DNA from: Pyrodictium abyssi
GTDB taxonomy: Archaea; Thermoproteota; Thermoprotei_A; Sulfolobales; Pyrodictiaceae
Reading direction: 5' to 3'
Assembly (NCBI RefSeq): GCF_036323395.1
Contig: NZ_AP028907.1
Span: 480,001 to 512,000, forward strand
Length of the DNA: 32,000 nucleotides
Positions 1 through 8,384 of the stretch are shown here, one piece after another. The notes under the pieces are model-generated. The model searched no databases. It saw only the letters and a program-made list of their open reading frames with translations, and had not been told where the DNA came from. The translations under genes were made by a program, and so were the position numbers. Within the stretch, counting starts at the first letter, position 1, and each line of letters opens with the position of its first letter.

Positions 1-91
1 GGAGCCTGTCGAGGCCTGGTATGCCTGAGGGCACAATCTCTATACGTTGGGTGGAGACGCCGAGGTCTTGCATCAGATCCCTGGTTTTCAT
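1..91 (-). CDS. Partial KaiC/RecA-superfamily ATPase, N-terminus only; continues beyond the left edge
   Basis: Manual reverse-complement translation from the ATG at 91: MKTRDLMQDLGVSTQRIEIVPSGIPGLDRL. The 'SGIPGLDRL' motif precedes the Walker A region in KaiC-like ATPases. Not in the supplied ORF track because it is truncated. Confidence 0.6.
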   Translation of the reverse strand, partial: MKTRDLMQDLGVSTQRIEIVPSGIPGLDRL

Positions 92-346
92 GGCTTTATC
101 CCTCGCCTCATTATGTATTCACCCCGGTCGCCCCTAGCACCCGCGTAGTAGGGTACACAACTCTTGGGCGTTCTAAATCTTAGACAGTTGCACGCGCTCC
201 TGGCCTCTGGAGGGCCAGGCTCTAGGGTGAAGCCGTGATAGTCTTGTTGGCCTCTGCGCGTGCTATGGCCTCATAGATAGCTTAGGCCGGCTGCTAGGAT
301 ATATCTCCTTCTTTCTCTATTGCTCGCTGCTGCTGTGGGTTGAAGG

Positions 347-1237
347 CTAGCTGACTACAGCTGGCGAGGCCAGGTAGGCCAGTATACTAGCTATTGTAAG
401 CGTTATTATGTACTTGGAGGCCATCAGTGTGTATCCGTGGACAACCCTGGCTATCACAATAGCTGAGGCTACCACTATCACGAGAAGGGAGTAGAAGTAG
501 AGGCCTCCAAGCAGGTCCGGGTCTATCGCTGCGCCGAAGAGCCCGCCCCCAGCTACCCCTGCTACGAGCGCCTGGACAATGCCAGCAGCCACGGCGTACG
601 TTAGCGAAGCCAGGGATACGACAAAGCTGTACTCCGATAGGCGGGACTGCGTGAGCTTCATCAGGCGGCGGCTCTCCCGGGAGTAAACCGCCGCGGAGGA
701 GAGCACCTCGTGCACCATGCCGCCGCTCAGCGACGCGGCGACTATGCTGCGGGCTAGTAGCCTCACGCGGGGCGGGGCTCTCTTGAAGGCCTCCTCGAAG
801 GCCTTCTCGAGGTCCCCGGTGGCGCGGTAGATGTGGGCCATGCGCTCCACGTAGGTGCCTAGCGGCGGTTTAATCATCTTCGCGGCCCTCAGCAGCGCCT
901 CAGCCGTGGAGCCGCTTGACGCGGTCAGCCCAGCGTAGGTGGAGAGCAGCTCTGCTAGCTGCTCGTCGAAGATGTCCATGACCCTTACGAAGCGCCTAGC
1001 GTAGAGGTATACGGGTAGCGAGGCCGCCGCGAGGACCCCTGCTATGAGTATCATTGTCCCCTTGTCTGTGACCACTGGTATGAAGTGGAAGAGCTGCACC
1101 CGGTACCGGGGCGTAATCCAGTCGATGCCTAGTACAGTGGCCAGCTTGGGGGCTAGCAGCGGGTAGCCGGTTATCCAGGCTATGGCCAGCCCCACCGCGG
1201 CAGCGAGCACGAGGACTCTGGCTATGGCCCCGGTCAC
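347..1237 (-). CDS. Type II secretion system F / TadC-like polytopic membrane protein (type IV pilus assembly)
   Basis: 296 aa. Hydrophobic segments at both ends around a cytoplasmic 'EQLAELLSTYAGLTASSGSTAEALLRAA...GDLEKAFEEAF' T2SF-like domain; next to a second T2SF-like gene and a GspE ATPase. Confidence 0.75.
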   Translation of the reverse strand: MTGAIARVLVLAAAVGLAIAWITGYPLLAPKLATVLGIDWITPRYRVQLFHFIPVVTDKGTMILIAGVLAAASLPVYLYARRFVRVMDIFDEQLAELLSTYAGLTASSGSTAEALLRAAKMIKPPLGTYVERMAHIYRATGDLEKAFEEAFKRAPPRVRLLARSIVAASLSGGMVHEVLSSAAVYSRESRRLMKLTQSRLSEYSFVVSLASLTYAVAAGIVQALVAGVAGGGLFGAAIDPDLLGGLYFYSLLVIVVASAIVIARVVHGYTLMASKYIITLTIASILAYLASPAVVS

Positions 1238-1256
1238 GGCGGCAGCGCCTCCCCTC

Positions 1257-2138
1257 CTAGATCCTTATCCTGGACACCATGGAGTCTACTATCACTATGA
1301 CGGTGGCGCTGAGCATTGGTATCACTATGAACGTGGAGAGGAACAGTATAGTATCTATGCTCAGCCCGGGCATCATCGGGGCGCCCTGGAAGCTGATGGC
1401 CAGGAGGAGGCCGACAACGCCTATAGCCACGGGGAGCATGACGCACGCTGCGACGAATATCTCTAGTATCGCGCCTAGGCTGTTCGAGAGCTTCTCTATC
1501 TCGACCTCGAGAGTGTAGAGGTACTCAGTTATAGAGGCCGTGATTATCTCGCGGACCCCGGTGCCCGTCCTTGCGGCGGCTGCTAGGCCCGCGAAGAGCC
1601 CCCGGAGGCTAGGAACGGGGGTGATGCGCGCCGCCTCCTCTAGGACCGTCTCTACGGGTATGCCGGCCTTTATCCCGGAGACAATGTACTCCATCTCGAG
1701 GAGGAACTCCTTCAGCTCCCTGGCATCCTTCTCGTAGAGCATGATGAAGGCCTCTGAGAGCCCAGCCCCCGCCAGGAGCTTGGTGGCAAGCGCCTCCGCG
1801 AAGAGCAAGAAGCGTGGCTCCAGCTTACCGCCCCGGCTCTTGTATGCGAGCATCGGGAGGGATATGTAGAGGGCCAGCATCAGCGTGAACGCGGTGACCG
1901 CGGCTCCTACGGCTACAGCTACCGCGACGGGCAGGGGTAAGCCGAGGCCAACGTGCATCATTATGAAGGCGGTTACGGCTATAGATGATACGACGATAAC
2001 CATGACTATAAGGTAGGCTAGGGTGTAGCGCTCGAGGCTCGAGGAGAGCCCGGAGCCCAGTACGTGGTACCGTAGGTCCGGGTTCAGCTTCTCTCCCAGC
2101 CTGGTCAGTGCTGATACAGGGTCCACGGCGGGGTTCAC
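1257..2138 (-). CDS. Type II secretion system F / TadC-like membrane protein, second copy
   Basis: 293 aa. 'RFLLFAEALATKLLAGAGLSEAFIMLYEKDARELKEFLLEMEYIVSGIKAGIPVETVLEEAA' is T2SF-like, with TM segments. Its start overlaps the end of the GspE gene. Confidence 0.8.
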   Translation of the reverse strand: MNPAVDPVSALTRLGEKLNPDLRYHVLGSGLSSSLERYTLAYLIVMVIVVSSIAVTAFIMMHVGLGLPLPVAVAVAVGAAVTAFTLMLALYISLPMLAYKSRGGKLEPRFLLFAEALATKLLAGAGLSEAFIMLYEKDARELKEFLLEMEYIVSGIKAGIPVETVLEEAARITPVPSLRGLFAGLAAAARTGTGVREIITASITEYLYTLEVEIEKLSNSLGAILEIFVAACVMLPVAIGVVGLLLAISFQGAPMMPGLSIDTILFLSTFIVIPMLSATVIVIVDSMVSRIRI

Positions 2139-3772
2139 CGGAGAAGCTTAAACTCGTAGGGCTCTACCTCGCTTAGAGCCTCCTGGTAGGTCTTATCCGG
2201 GTCACGCATATACATTCTAACCGTCTCGTGCAGCTCCAGCATATCCATGTTGCGCTTAGCGGCCCAGCGTAGCACCGTAGCCCTCATCTGTAGGTCGCGC
2301 CACACGTCCTCCGGCTTTACAACCAGCAGCTCCGCTATAGACTTCACGAAGCTGCTCTCCCGGCGCGCTAGCCTCCAGTCGTCCTCCCTGCTCAGCCATT
2401 GGAAGAGACGGCCGAGCACCACCTCGTCGCGGCTCGGGTCGTAGACGCTGGCCTCGTCTACCCGGGTCACCTTGCGGTACACCCTGCCGCCCCTCTCGAT
2501 GCGGAGAATGTTCACGTAGAGCTTAGCCGCGGCTATGAGGCTCTTAGGCACCTTCATGGGGGGCGAGGCGAGCCTCCGGATAAGCACGTCAGCGGACTCA
2601 GCGTGCACCGTGGTAAGGCCGCCGTGGCCAGTGGCGAGGGCCTGGAAGAACGCGAACGCCTCTAGGCTACGTATCTCGCCAACGATTATCACGTCGGGCC
2701 TCATACGGAGCGCGCTCTCCACCTGGGTCTGCAGGGTCACGTTCTGCACGCCGGGCATGTCGGAGAACCGCGTGTGCATAGCAGCCCAGTTGTCGTGGAA
2801 CGGGATGTAGATCTCCGGCGTGTCCTCGACGGTGACTATTTTGTACTCAGGCGGCAGCAGCATTGCCAGCGCGTTTAGCAGCGTAGTCTTGCCTGAGCCG
2901 GTGGGCCCGTAGATCACGACGCCCTGCTTGTACTGTATAGCCGCCCAGAGCGCAGCGGCAACGCCCTCGTCGAGGGTGCGGCGCCTCAGCAGCTCTACTA
3001 TCGTGTAGGGCTCGGCGCGGAACTTGCGTATAGTGAAGCTGTGGCCGCGCCGCGACACGACGTCGAGTATGATGTGTACACGGTAACCCTCGGGGCGTAG
3101 CACTCCCTCCACTATGGGGCGGGCGAGGCTCGGCTCACGGCCCGAACGGAGCGCCAGCTTCATGACAACACGCTCTAGTTCTTCCCGGTCGTTGAAGGTT
3201 ATGCTGGTTGTCAGCCACTCGAACTCGCTATGGTAGACGAACACCGGGGTGAAGAGGCCGTTACAGGATATATCCTCAATGTACTGGTCGCGTATAAGCG
3301 GGTCGAGCCGGCCATAGCCCACCAGGTCGCGCGCAATATAGTAGGCAACGGCCATGGCCTCCTGCTCCGGGTCAACACCCGCCTTCCGGAGCTTACCCCT
3401 CCACCTGCGTAGGGCAGGCTTAGCGAGCTTGTAGGCCTCGCGGAGCCCCTCGCCTAGGTCCTCTAGCTCGGAGAACCTGCGCAGCAGCTTCATATCGCCC
3501 AGTATGCGCTTTATAAGCTCGCTGTGTACGCGCTTGCCTATGTCGGTGAGCGGGGGCTCCTCGACATGGTAGAAGCGCCGGCCGTCAACGTCCTCGAACA
3601 CCCTCACAGCTACCCGCGGCTCCTCGAGGATGCTGTACTCGCGCAGTACCTGAGCCTCCTCTTGCTTCTCCACCGTCTTCTCCAGAACGTCCTCCGCGGT
3701 CTCCCCGCTGCCCTCGGCTTCCCTCTTCTCCTCAGCCTCCCCGGCACCCTTGCTGGCAGCTTCCTCGCCCAT
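2135..3772 (-). CDS. GspE/VirB11-family secretion (type IV pilus) ATPase
   Basis: 545 aa. Walker A 'GPTGSGKTTLLNAL', Asp box 'VEDTPEI', Walker B region 'RMRPDVIIVGEIRSLEAFAFFQALATGHGGLTTVHA'. Confidence 0.95.
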   Translation of the reverse strand: MGEEAASKGAGEAEEKREAEGSGETAEDVLEKTVEKQEEAQVLREYSILEEPRVAVRVFEDVDGRRFYHVEEPPLTDIGKRVHSELIKRILGDMKLLRRFSELEDLGEGLREAYKLAKPALRRWRGKLRKAGVDPEQEAMAVAYYIARDLVGYGRLDPLIRDQYIEDISCNGLFTPVFVYHSEFEWLTTSITFNDREELERVVMKLALRSGREPSLARPIVEGVLRPEGYRVHIILDVVSRRGHSFTIRKFRAEPYTIVELLRRRTLDEGVAAALWAAIQYKQGVVIYGPTGSGKTTLLNALAMLLPPEYKIVTVEDTPEIYIPFHDNWAAMHTRFSDMPGVQNVTLQTQVESALRMRPDVIIVGEIRSLEAFAFFQALATGHGGLTTVHAESADVLIRRLASPPMKVPKSLIAAAKLYVNILRIERGGRVYRKVTRVDEASVYDPSRDEVVLGRLFQWLSREDDWRLARRESSFVKSIAELLVVKPEDVWRDLQMRATVLRWAAKRNMDMLELHETVRMYMRDPDKTYQEALSEVEPYEFKLLR

Positions 3773-3966
3773 AGCGTGCCTCCCTCCATGTCTCTATCCT
3801 TGCGTCCTAACGGCGCTGAAACCCCTCTAAACCCCTAGGGCTAGGCTGTACTCGCTCCTCATAAGGAGATAGAGATAGGAGTACTCTATTAAGGACTCAC
3901 CATAGAAGCAGTAGAGGAGCAGCTTGCTGCCTATAGCGCTGTATCCCCCTGGCCCGGGGACAAGGC

Positions 3967-4680
3967 CTAGCTGCAGCTCAGCTGCTCGACTACAACCCTG
4001 CAGGCAGGCGGCTCCAGAGACTCATCCAGGTAGACCACGTAGTCGTAGGGCCTAGAAGAGCCGGACGCTATGCTCCTGCACAGCCTCTCCTTCTCGGAGA
4101 CACTGGTGAGCCACCGGCTACGGTAGCCGAGCCCCCGCAGCAGCCCGGAGACTAGCGCCACGGGGAAGACGCGGAGCACCGGAGCCTCGTCGAGGGCCCG
4201 GAAGAGGCTACACTGCTCGGTCTCCATGTAGTAGCGGCCCTCCGGGTCTCGGTCTATCCTGAAGACCTCTAGGCCGAGGGGGGAGAGCCTCTCCGCGGCG
4301 TCGTGGTGGCACGCCCGGTTCAGCTCGAAGAGGTCGTCAACCGTCTCTAGCTTCATACCCCTCTGCTGGGCCGAGAGCCTCTGGACGTGGAAACTCCTCT
4401 CCACAGCCTCCTCGACTATACTGCCCAGCTGCACCATCCCAGCCCGTAGCCCCACGCTACGGTAAAGGTAGCGGGCAGTAGTAGCAACTATGTTACGGAA
4501 ATAGGTCATGTATACTAGCAGCCAGTGGGCCGCAGCCTCGGGGTCCTCTAGCGCCTTCTCAAGCACATCACTCTGTGGACCAGCCCTGCCTGCGCCAGGA
4601 ACCTTCAAGCCCTGATGCACCTCCCGCCCCCAGGCTAGCGCGCTGAGCCGAGTGCGTACATGGATGGCCAGGCCCAACAC
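3967..4680 (-). CDS. Hypothetical protein
   Basis: 237 aa ORF with no competing long ORF on the other strand. Same strand as the pilus genes. No recognised motif. Confidence 0.55.
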   Translation of the reverse strand: MLGLAIHVRTRLSALAWGREVHQGLKVPGAGRAGPQSDVLEKALEDPEAAAHWLLVYMTYFRNIVATTARYLYRSVGLRAGMVQLGSIVEEAVERSFHVQRLSAQQRGMKLETVDDLFELNRACHHDAAERLSPLGLEVFRIDRDPEGRYYMETEQCSLFRALDEAPVLRVFPVALVSGLLRGLGYRSRWLTSVSEKERLCRSIASGSSRPYDYVVYLDESLEPPACRVVVEQLSCS

Positions 4681-4816
4681 CTCACCATATATAGAAGAAG
4701 TAGTATTTAATTTTAACCACGTGACATATAGTAACTAGCCGGGGCCGCAGAAACACCTAGACTACAAAAATATCCTACCCGGCATAGAGCCCCGGACCAG
4801 GCCAGGGCAGGAGGCT

Positions 4817-5098
4817 ATGGCAGGGCTCCGGAGCTACCTACGGGACATAGCGTCGGGGCGCCGCGGAGCAGTAGCCGCCTTCATGCTAGTGACGCTAGTC
4901 TACATAGCATCGCTACGCGGCCTCCTAGCAGTCGAGAAGACAATACCCCACAGGGGAGACCACCCGCTCCTACCCCTCGAAATAGGGGCAACAATACTCT
5001 ACACTACTGCGCTAGCTTTTACAATATACGTGGCCGGGAAACGACGCATTGCAAAGACACGTTATGCTGCCATTCACAGCAACGTTATAAGACAATGA
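4817..5098 (+). CDS. Small hypothetical membrane protein
   Basis: 93 aa with two hydrophobic segments (VAAFMLVTLVYIASLRGLL; LEIGATILYTTALAFTIYVAG). Confidence 0.5.
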   Translation: MAGLRSYLRDIASGRRGAVAAFMLVTLVYIASLRGLLAVEKTIPHRGDHPLLPLEIGATILYTTALAFTIYVAGKRRIAKTRYAAIHSNVIRQ

Positions 5099-5299
5099 GC
5101 AGGCGAGGAACCATCGGGGGCTTGATGCGGAGTTAGTACAAGCGGCTATAAAGTATAGCCCGGCAGGGTGCCGGGGCTAAAAAGTGAGGAGCATTATGCG
5201 GATCCACTATAATCGTCTAGCTGACGCTGTACAAGCATACGCTGAACACCAGCCGGTTAGGGTATTCTGGCCGCGTTCGGCCGACAGCCGGTCGGGGCG

Positions 5300-5734
5300 T
5301 TACCTTAGCGTCACCACGTAGCTGGCTTCAACACCGTTCTCTGTTACCACCTTCACCTGCACTACTTCGCTGAGCTTACCCGCTGGTACGTTAGCCACTA
5401 GCACCTCGTCCACGGCGCCGGGTGCCAGCTGCACGTTCACTGTAGTGTTTGCGGCAGCCACCGTATTGTTACTGTTTATCACATAGGCTGAGGCTATCTT
5501 AGTCTTTATGTCGCCGACGTTGCGTACGTATATCGTGAAGTTGTAGGTGTTACCGTTTACCTCGTACTGTACTGCGTCTATCTTGATCTGCTCCTGCATC
5601 TGGTAGCTATTCTGCGGCATGCTCTGCACTACACCGCTTACCCATAGGTATAGTAGTGCCGCTGTCGCTACAGCGATCAACACCAGTAGCGCTGTCGCGA
5701 CTACTGGGGATACGCCTCTAAGAAGACTCTTCAT
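5300..5734 (-). CDS. Archaeal type IV pilin-like protein
   Basis: 144 aa. N-terminus 'MKSLLRGVSPVVATALLVLIAVATAALLYLWVSG' is a short basic leader followed by the 'G-VSPVVATALLVLIAVA' hydrophobic helix typical of archaeal type IV pilins. The remainder is Asn/Thr/Val-rich, beta-strand-like. Confidence 0.85.
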   Translation of the reverse strand: MKSLLRGVSPVVATALLVLIAVATAALLYLWVSGVVQSMPQNSYQMQEQIKIDAVQYEVNGNTYNFTIYVRNVGDIKTKIASAYVINSNNTVAAANTTVNVQLAPGAVDEVLVANVPAGKLSEVVQVKVVTENGVEASYVVTLR

Positions 5735-5951
5735 GGCGTATCGTCCTCTCTCCGGCTGTTTTTTCTCGTCGAAGGTAGCTCTATTAGCAACCCGCAGCCC
5801 GATGTCATGGTTTATGGATGCGTATAGGTATTAAGCAAGGCCGGCTCCTGCAGCCCATCTTTATAGTTATCGATGTTAGCTATTCAAGCTTCATGCTCCG
5901 GGCCGGATATGACCCCGTCCAGCGACACCCCTAGATAGCCCCTGCTGCCTC

Positions 5952-6248
5952 GTGGAGCGGGGGCGACTGGTGCCGCTGGGCGCTGTGGAGAGGGCCTCTA
6001 GGCTACAAGCCATACTCCAGTGGGAGGGAGGGTTCTGCGTCTCCCGCCACGCCTCCAGCATGCTGGTAATGCACTCCGGCAGGATAGTTGCGACACTCCA
6101 CGTCTACGAGGACGAGTGTAGCCTACGCATCTACAGGCCATGGATACGGGAGAACAGGGAGGCGCTCGAGGCGCTGAGGGCCCTCGTAGCCCGGCTCTGC
6201 AGCCGGGTGCTAGAGGAGTATGTGCCCAGAGAACAGCCAGGAGGGTAG
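5952..6248 (+). CDS. Hypothetical protein
   Basis: 98 aa ORF immediately upstream of, and co-directional with, the 6255 ORF (6 nt gap). Confidence 0.45.
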   Translation: MERGRLVPLGAVERASRLQAILQWEGGFCVSRHASSMLVMHSGRIVATLHVYEDECSLRIYRPWIRENREALEALRALVARLCSRVLEEYVPREQPGG

Positions 6249-6254
6249 ACTGCT

Positions 6255-6926
6255 ATGCCGGGGGGAAGCAGCACTAGTGATAATAGTGGTGGCGCTGGCT
6301 CGGGCCCCGGTCCCCTGGGGAAGCTGGCCGGGAGATCCGGGCTCTGGAGCCTCCTCTTCGCAGTGCTCGGGCTCTGGCTGGCCGAGGCGGCTCACTACAC
6401 AGTGCTCGCTGCGCAGCTCCACGGCGTGTCGGGGCTACGGGCCCTGCTCCTATACGCGCAGGTGGCGGCGCTGGGTGCCCCTCTCGCGGTGGCGCGGTGG
6501 CTATTCTACATGGGCGGGCTCTGGCTCTTCGCATGGCTCCTTGGCGTGCGTGGCCTCGACGGCCGCCGCGCGCTCGTAGCAGCCTCCTACACGGCTCTAG
6601 CACACGCGCTGGCAGCGCTCGCTGCTACGCCGCTATGGCTGGTGGCGGGGCAGGAATGGGCGCGGCAAGTGGTGGCTGCTAGCTACTACGGCTCCCTGGC
6701 CGCTGCGGCCGCTGCGCTCATCTGGGCCGGCGGCCGCGCAGCCGGGGGCTACGGGCCCCGCATAGCCTTGGCCTCTATTGCCTCTGTGCTGCTCGTGGGT
6801 ATGCCGCCGGCGGCGCTGCTTACGCCGGGGTTCAACGCGTACGCTAGCATACTGTACCTGGTGTCTGGCGGGGGTGCTGGCGCAGCCGTTAACGCTACAG
6901 CTGCTAGCACTACGCCAGGCGGGTAA
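6255..6926 (+). CDS. Polytopic membrane protein, family unknown (Yip1-like layout)
   Basis: 223 aa. Gly/Ser-rich soluble N-terminus followed by several hydrophobic segments. Confidence 0.6.
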   Translation: MPGGSSTSDNSGGAGSGPGPLGKLAGRSGLWSLLFAVLGLWLAEAAHYTVLAAQLHGVSGLRALLLYAQVAALGAPLAVARWLFYMGGLWLFAWLLGVRGLDGRRALVAASYTALAHALAALAATPLWLVAGQEWARQVVAASYYGSLAAAAAALIWAGGRAAGGYGPRIALASIASVLLVGMPPAALLTPGFNAYASILYLVSGGGAGAAVNATAASTTPGG

Positions 6927-7169
6927 GGTGTGATTTTCCTGCAGCGTGGTTCTCCTTTCCTCTTGCTCTCTTCTTCTGCCGCCGCTGCTCCCGTGTATCG
7001 AACGGTATAGTGGCTTCTCCGGCGCAATAATTTCCTCATATTTAGCGAGAAAAAATGTGCAGTATTAATAAGGGAGGACTATGGGCTCCATGCCTTCACG
7101 GGCCATGGCTGTAGCTGCGAGCTATCCAGAGCCGTAGCAGTCTACGCTGCTTGAGCGGTGTGATAGTCC

Positions 7170-8366
7170 ATGGCTAGGGGCTCCATGAGGCTAGACGTTA
7201 GGCGATTTGGCCGTACTAGGCTGGCCGGTGCAGTAGTTGTAGCCGCTGCAGCGCTAGCAGCATTGATAGCGTTCGCCTCGTTAACGGTGAATATTGACGC
7301 GTCTAAGGCCTATGCGGAGCTCGCCGAGAGCGGGTACACTATTACCAGCAGCAAGCTGTTTAGCGAGAAGGTGCTGGGCGCTCAGGGACCAGTAGCCGTC
7401 ATGTTCCGCTCCGAGACGTGCCCGATGTGTGAGCGCATGTACCCCTACTGGAGGGTGGTCGAGGAAAAGGCTCTGGAGCTAGGCTTTAGAGCGTACGATG
7501 TGAAGCTGACTAGGGAGACTAGCCGGGTCTTCGACCGGTACAGGGTGCACGACCTCCCAACATTCATAGTGTTCTACGGCGGCGAGCCGGTTGCAAGGCA
7601 CGTCGGCGCGTTCACGCCGGATGACGGGAACATAACTAGGGCTATGATAGAGTGGGTAACGGCGTCGATCCAGGGTAGCCGGCTGGAAGCAGCTGTAGAG
7701 GAGCAGGGGCCCCAGGCCCAGCAGCCGGGCCAGGAGTCCTCGCCGTTCACTACTCTAGCAGCTTCCGTAGCCACGGCGTTGACTGCGGGTGTTGTGGCCT
7801 CGCTCTCTCCCTGCGTCCTACCGCTGCTAGTCACCAATAGCGTTGCCTTAGCCAGGCGCGGCAAGGGCCCGGGCATAGCGGGCTGCCTGGCGTGTAGCCT
7901 ATCCGCGTTTGCCGGCGTGATGGCTGTTGGCGTGGTCTTTCTCCTGGCTTCTAGCCTCCTCGCGGAGGTACAGACAGTGGTTATGAGCGTCGTAGCCGTG
8001 GCTGTCGTAGCGGCGGGCGTGTCGTCGCTGCTAGGCCTACCGGCCGAGATTCCGAGCTCGCGTAGAATCCGCTCCGGCAGCCTGGCCGTATTCTGCGGGC
8101 TCTACGGGTTCCTAGCTCTCCAGTGTAGCCTCCCCATAGTCGTCGGCGCGTTGCTACTAGTGCTGGGTAGCGGGGGCCCGGGCAAGGGCCTAGTGGTGCT
8201 TCTCGCTTTCTCGCTAGGCCTCTCCCTGCCGCTATCAGTAGCCCTGCACCTCGGCCCCCGTATGGCCGCTCTGACAGGCCGGGTAGAGATGCTCGAGAGA
8301 GCTGGCGGCGTGGTAATGGTCCTCGCCGGGGCGGTCCTCCTAGCCCATAGCCTTGGCCTCATCTAG
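7170..8366 (+). CDS. Thioredoxin-domain and CcdA/DsbD-beta-type thiol-disulfide transporter fusion, probably for cytochrome c maturation
   Basis: 398 aa. N-terminal TM; thioredoxin fold 'VAVMFRSETCPMCERMYPYW...VHDLPTFIVFYGG' (CPMC active site, cis-Pro); then a polytopic domain containing 'SLSPCVLPLLVTNSVALARRGKG' as in CcdA. Confidence 0.9.
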   Translation: MARGSMRLDVRRFGRTRLAGAVVVAAAALAALIAFASLTVNIDASKAYAELAESGYTITSSKLFSEKVLGAQGPVAVMFRSETCPMCERMYPYWRVVEEKALELGFRAYDVKLTRETSRVFDRYRVHDLPTFIVFYGGEPVARHVGAFTPDDGNITRAMIEWVTASIQGSRLEAAVEEQGPQAQQPGQESSPFTTLAASVATALTAGVVASLSPCVLPLLVTNSVALARRGKGPGIAGCLACSLSAFAGVMAVGVVFLLASSLLAEVQTVVMSVVAVAVVAAGVSSLLGLPAEIPSSRRIRSGSLAVFCGLYGFLALQCSLPIVVGALLLVLGSGGPGKGLVVLLAFSLGLSLPLSVALHLGPRMAALTGRVEMLERAGGVVMVLAGAVLLAHSLGLI

Positions 8367-8384
8367 CACAGTGTCATAGCCCCC

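Noticed and set aside
5300-5734. Pilin-like gene considered as a Pyrodictium cannula subunit
   Set aside because: The N-terminus is clearly a type IV pilin-like leader plus helix, and nothing cannula-specific is recognisable.
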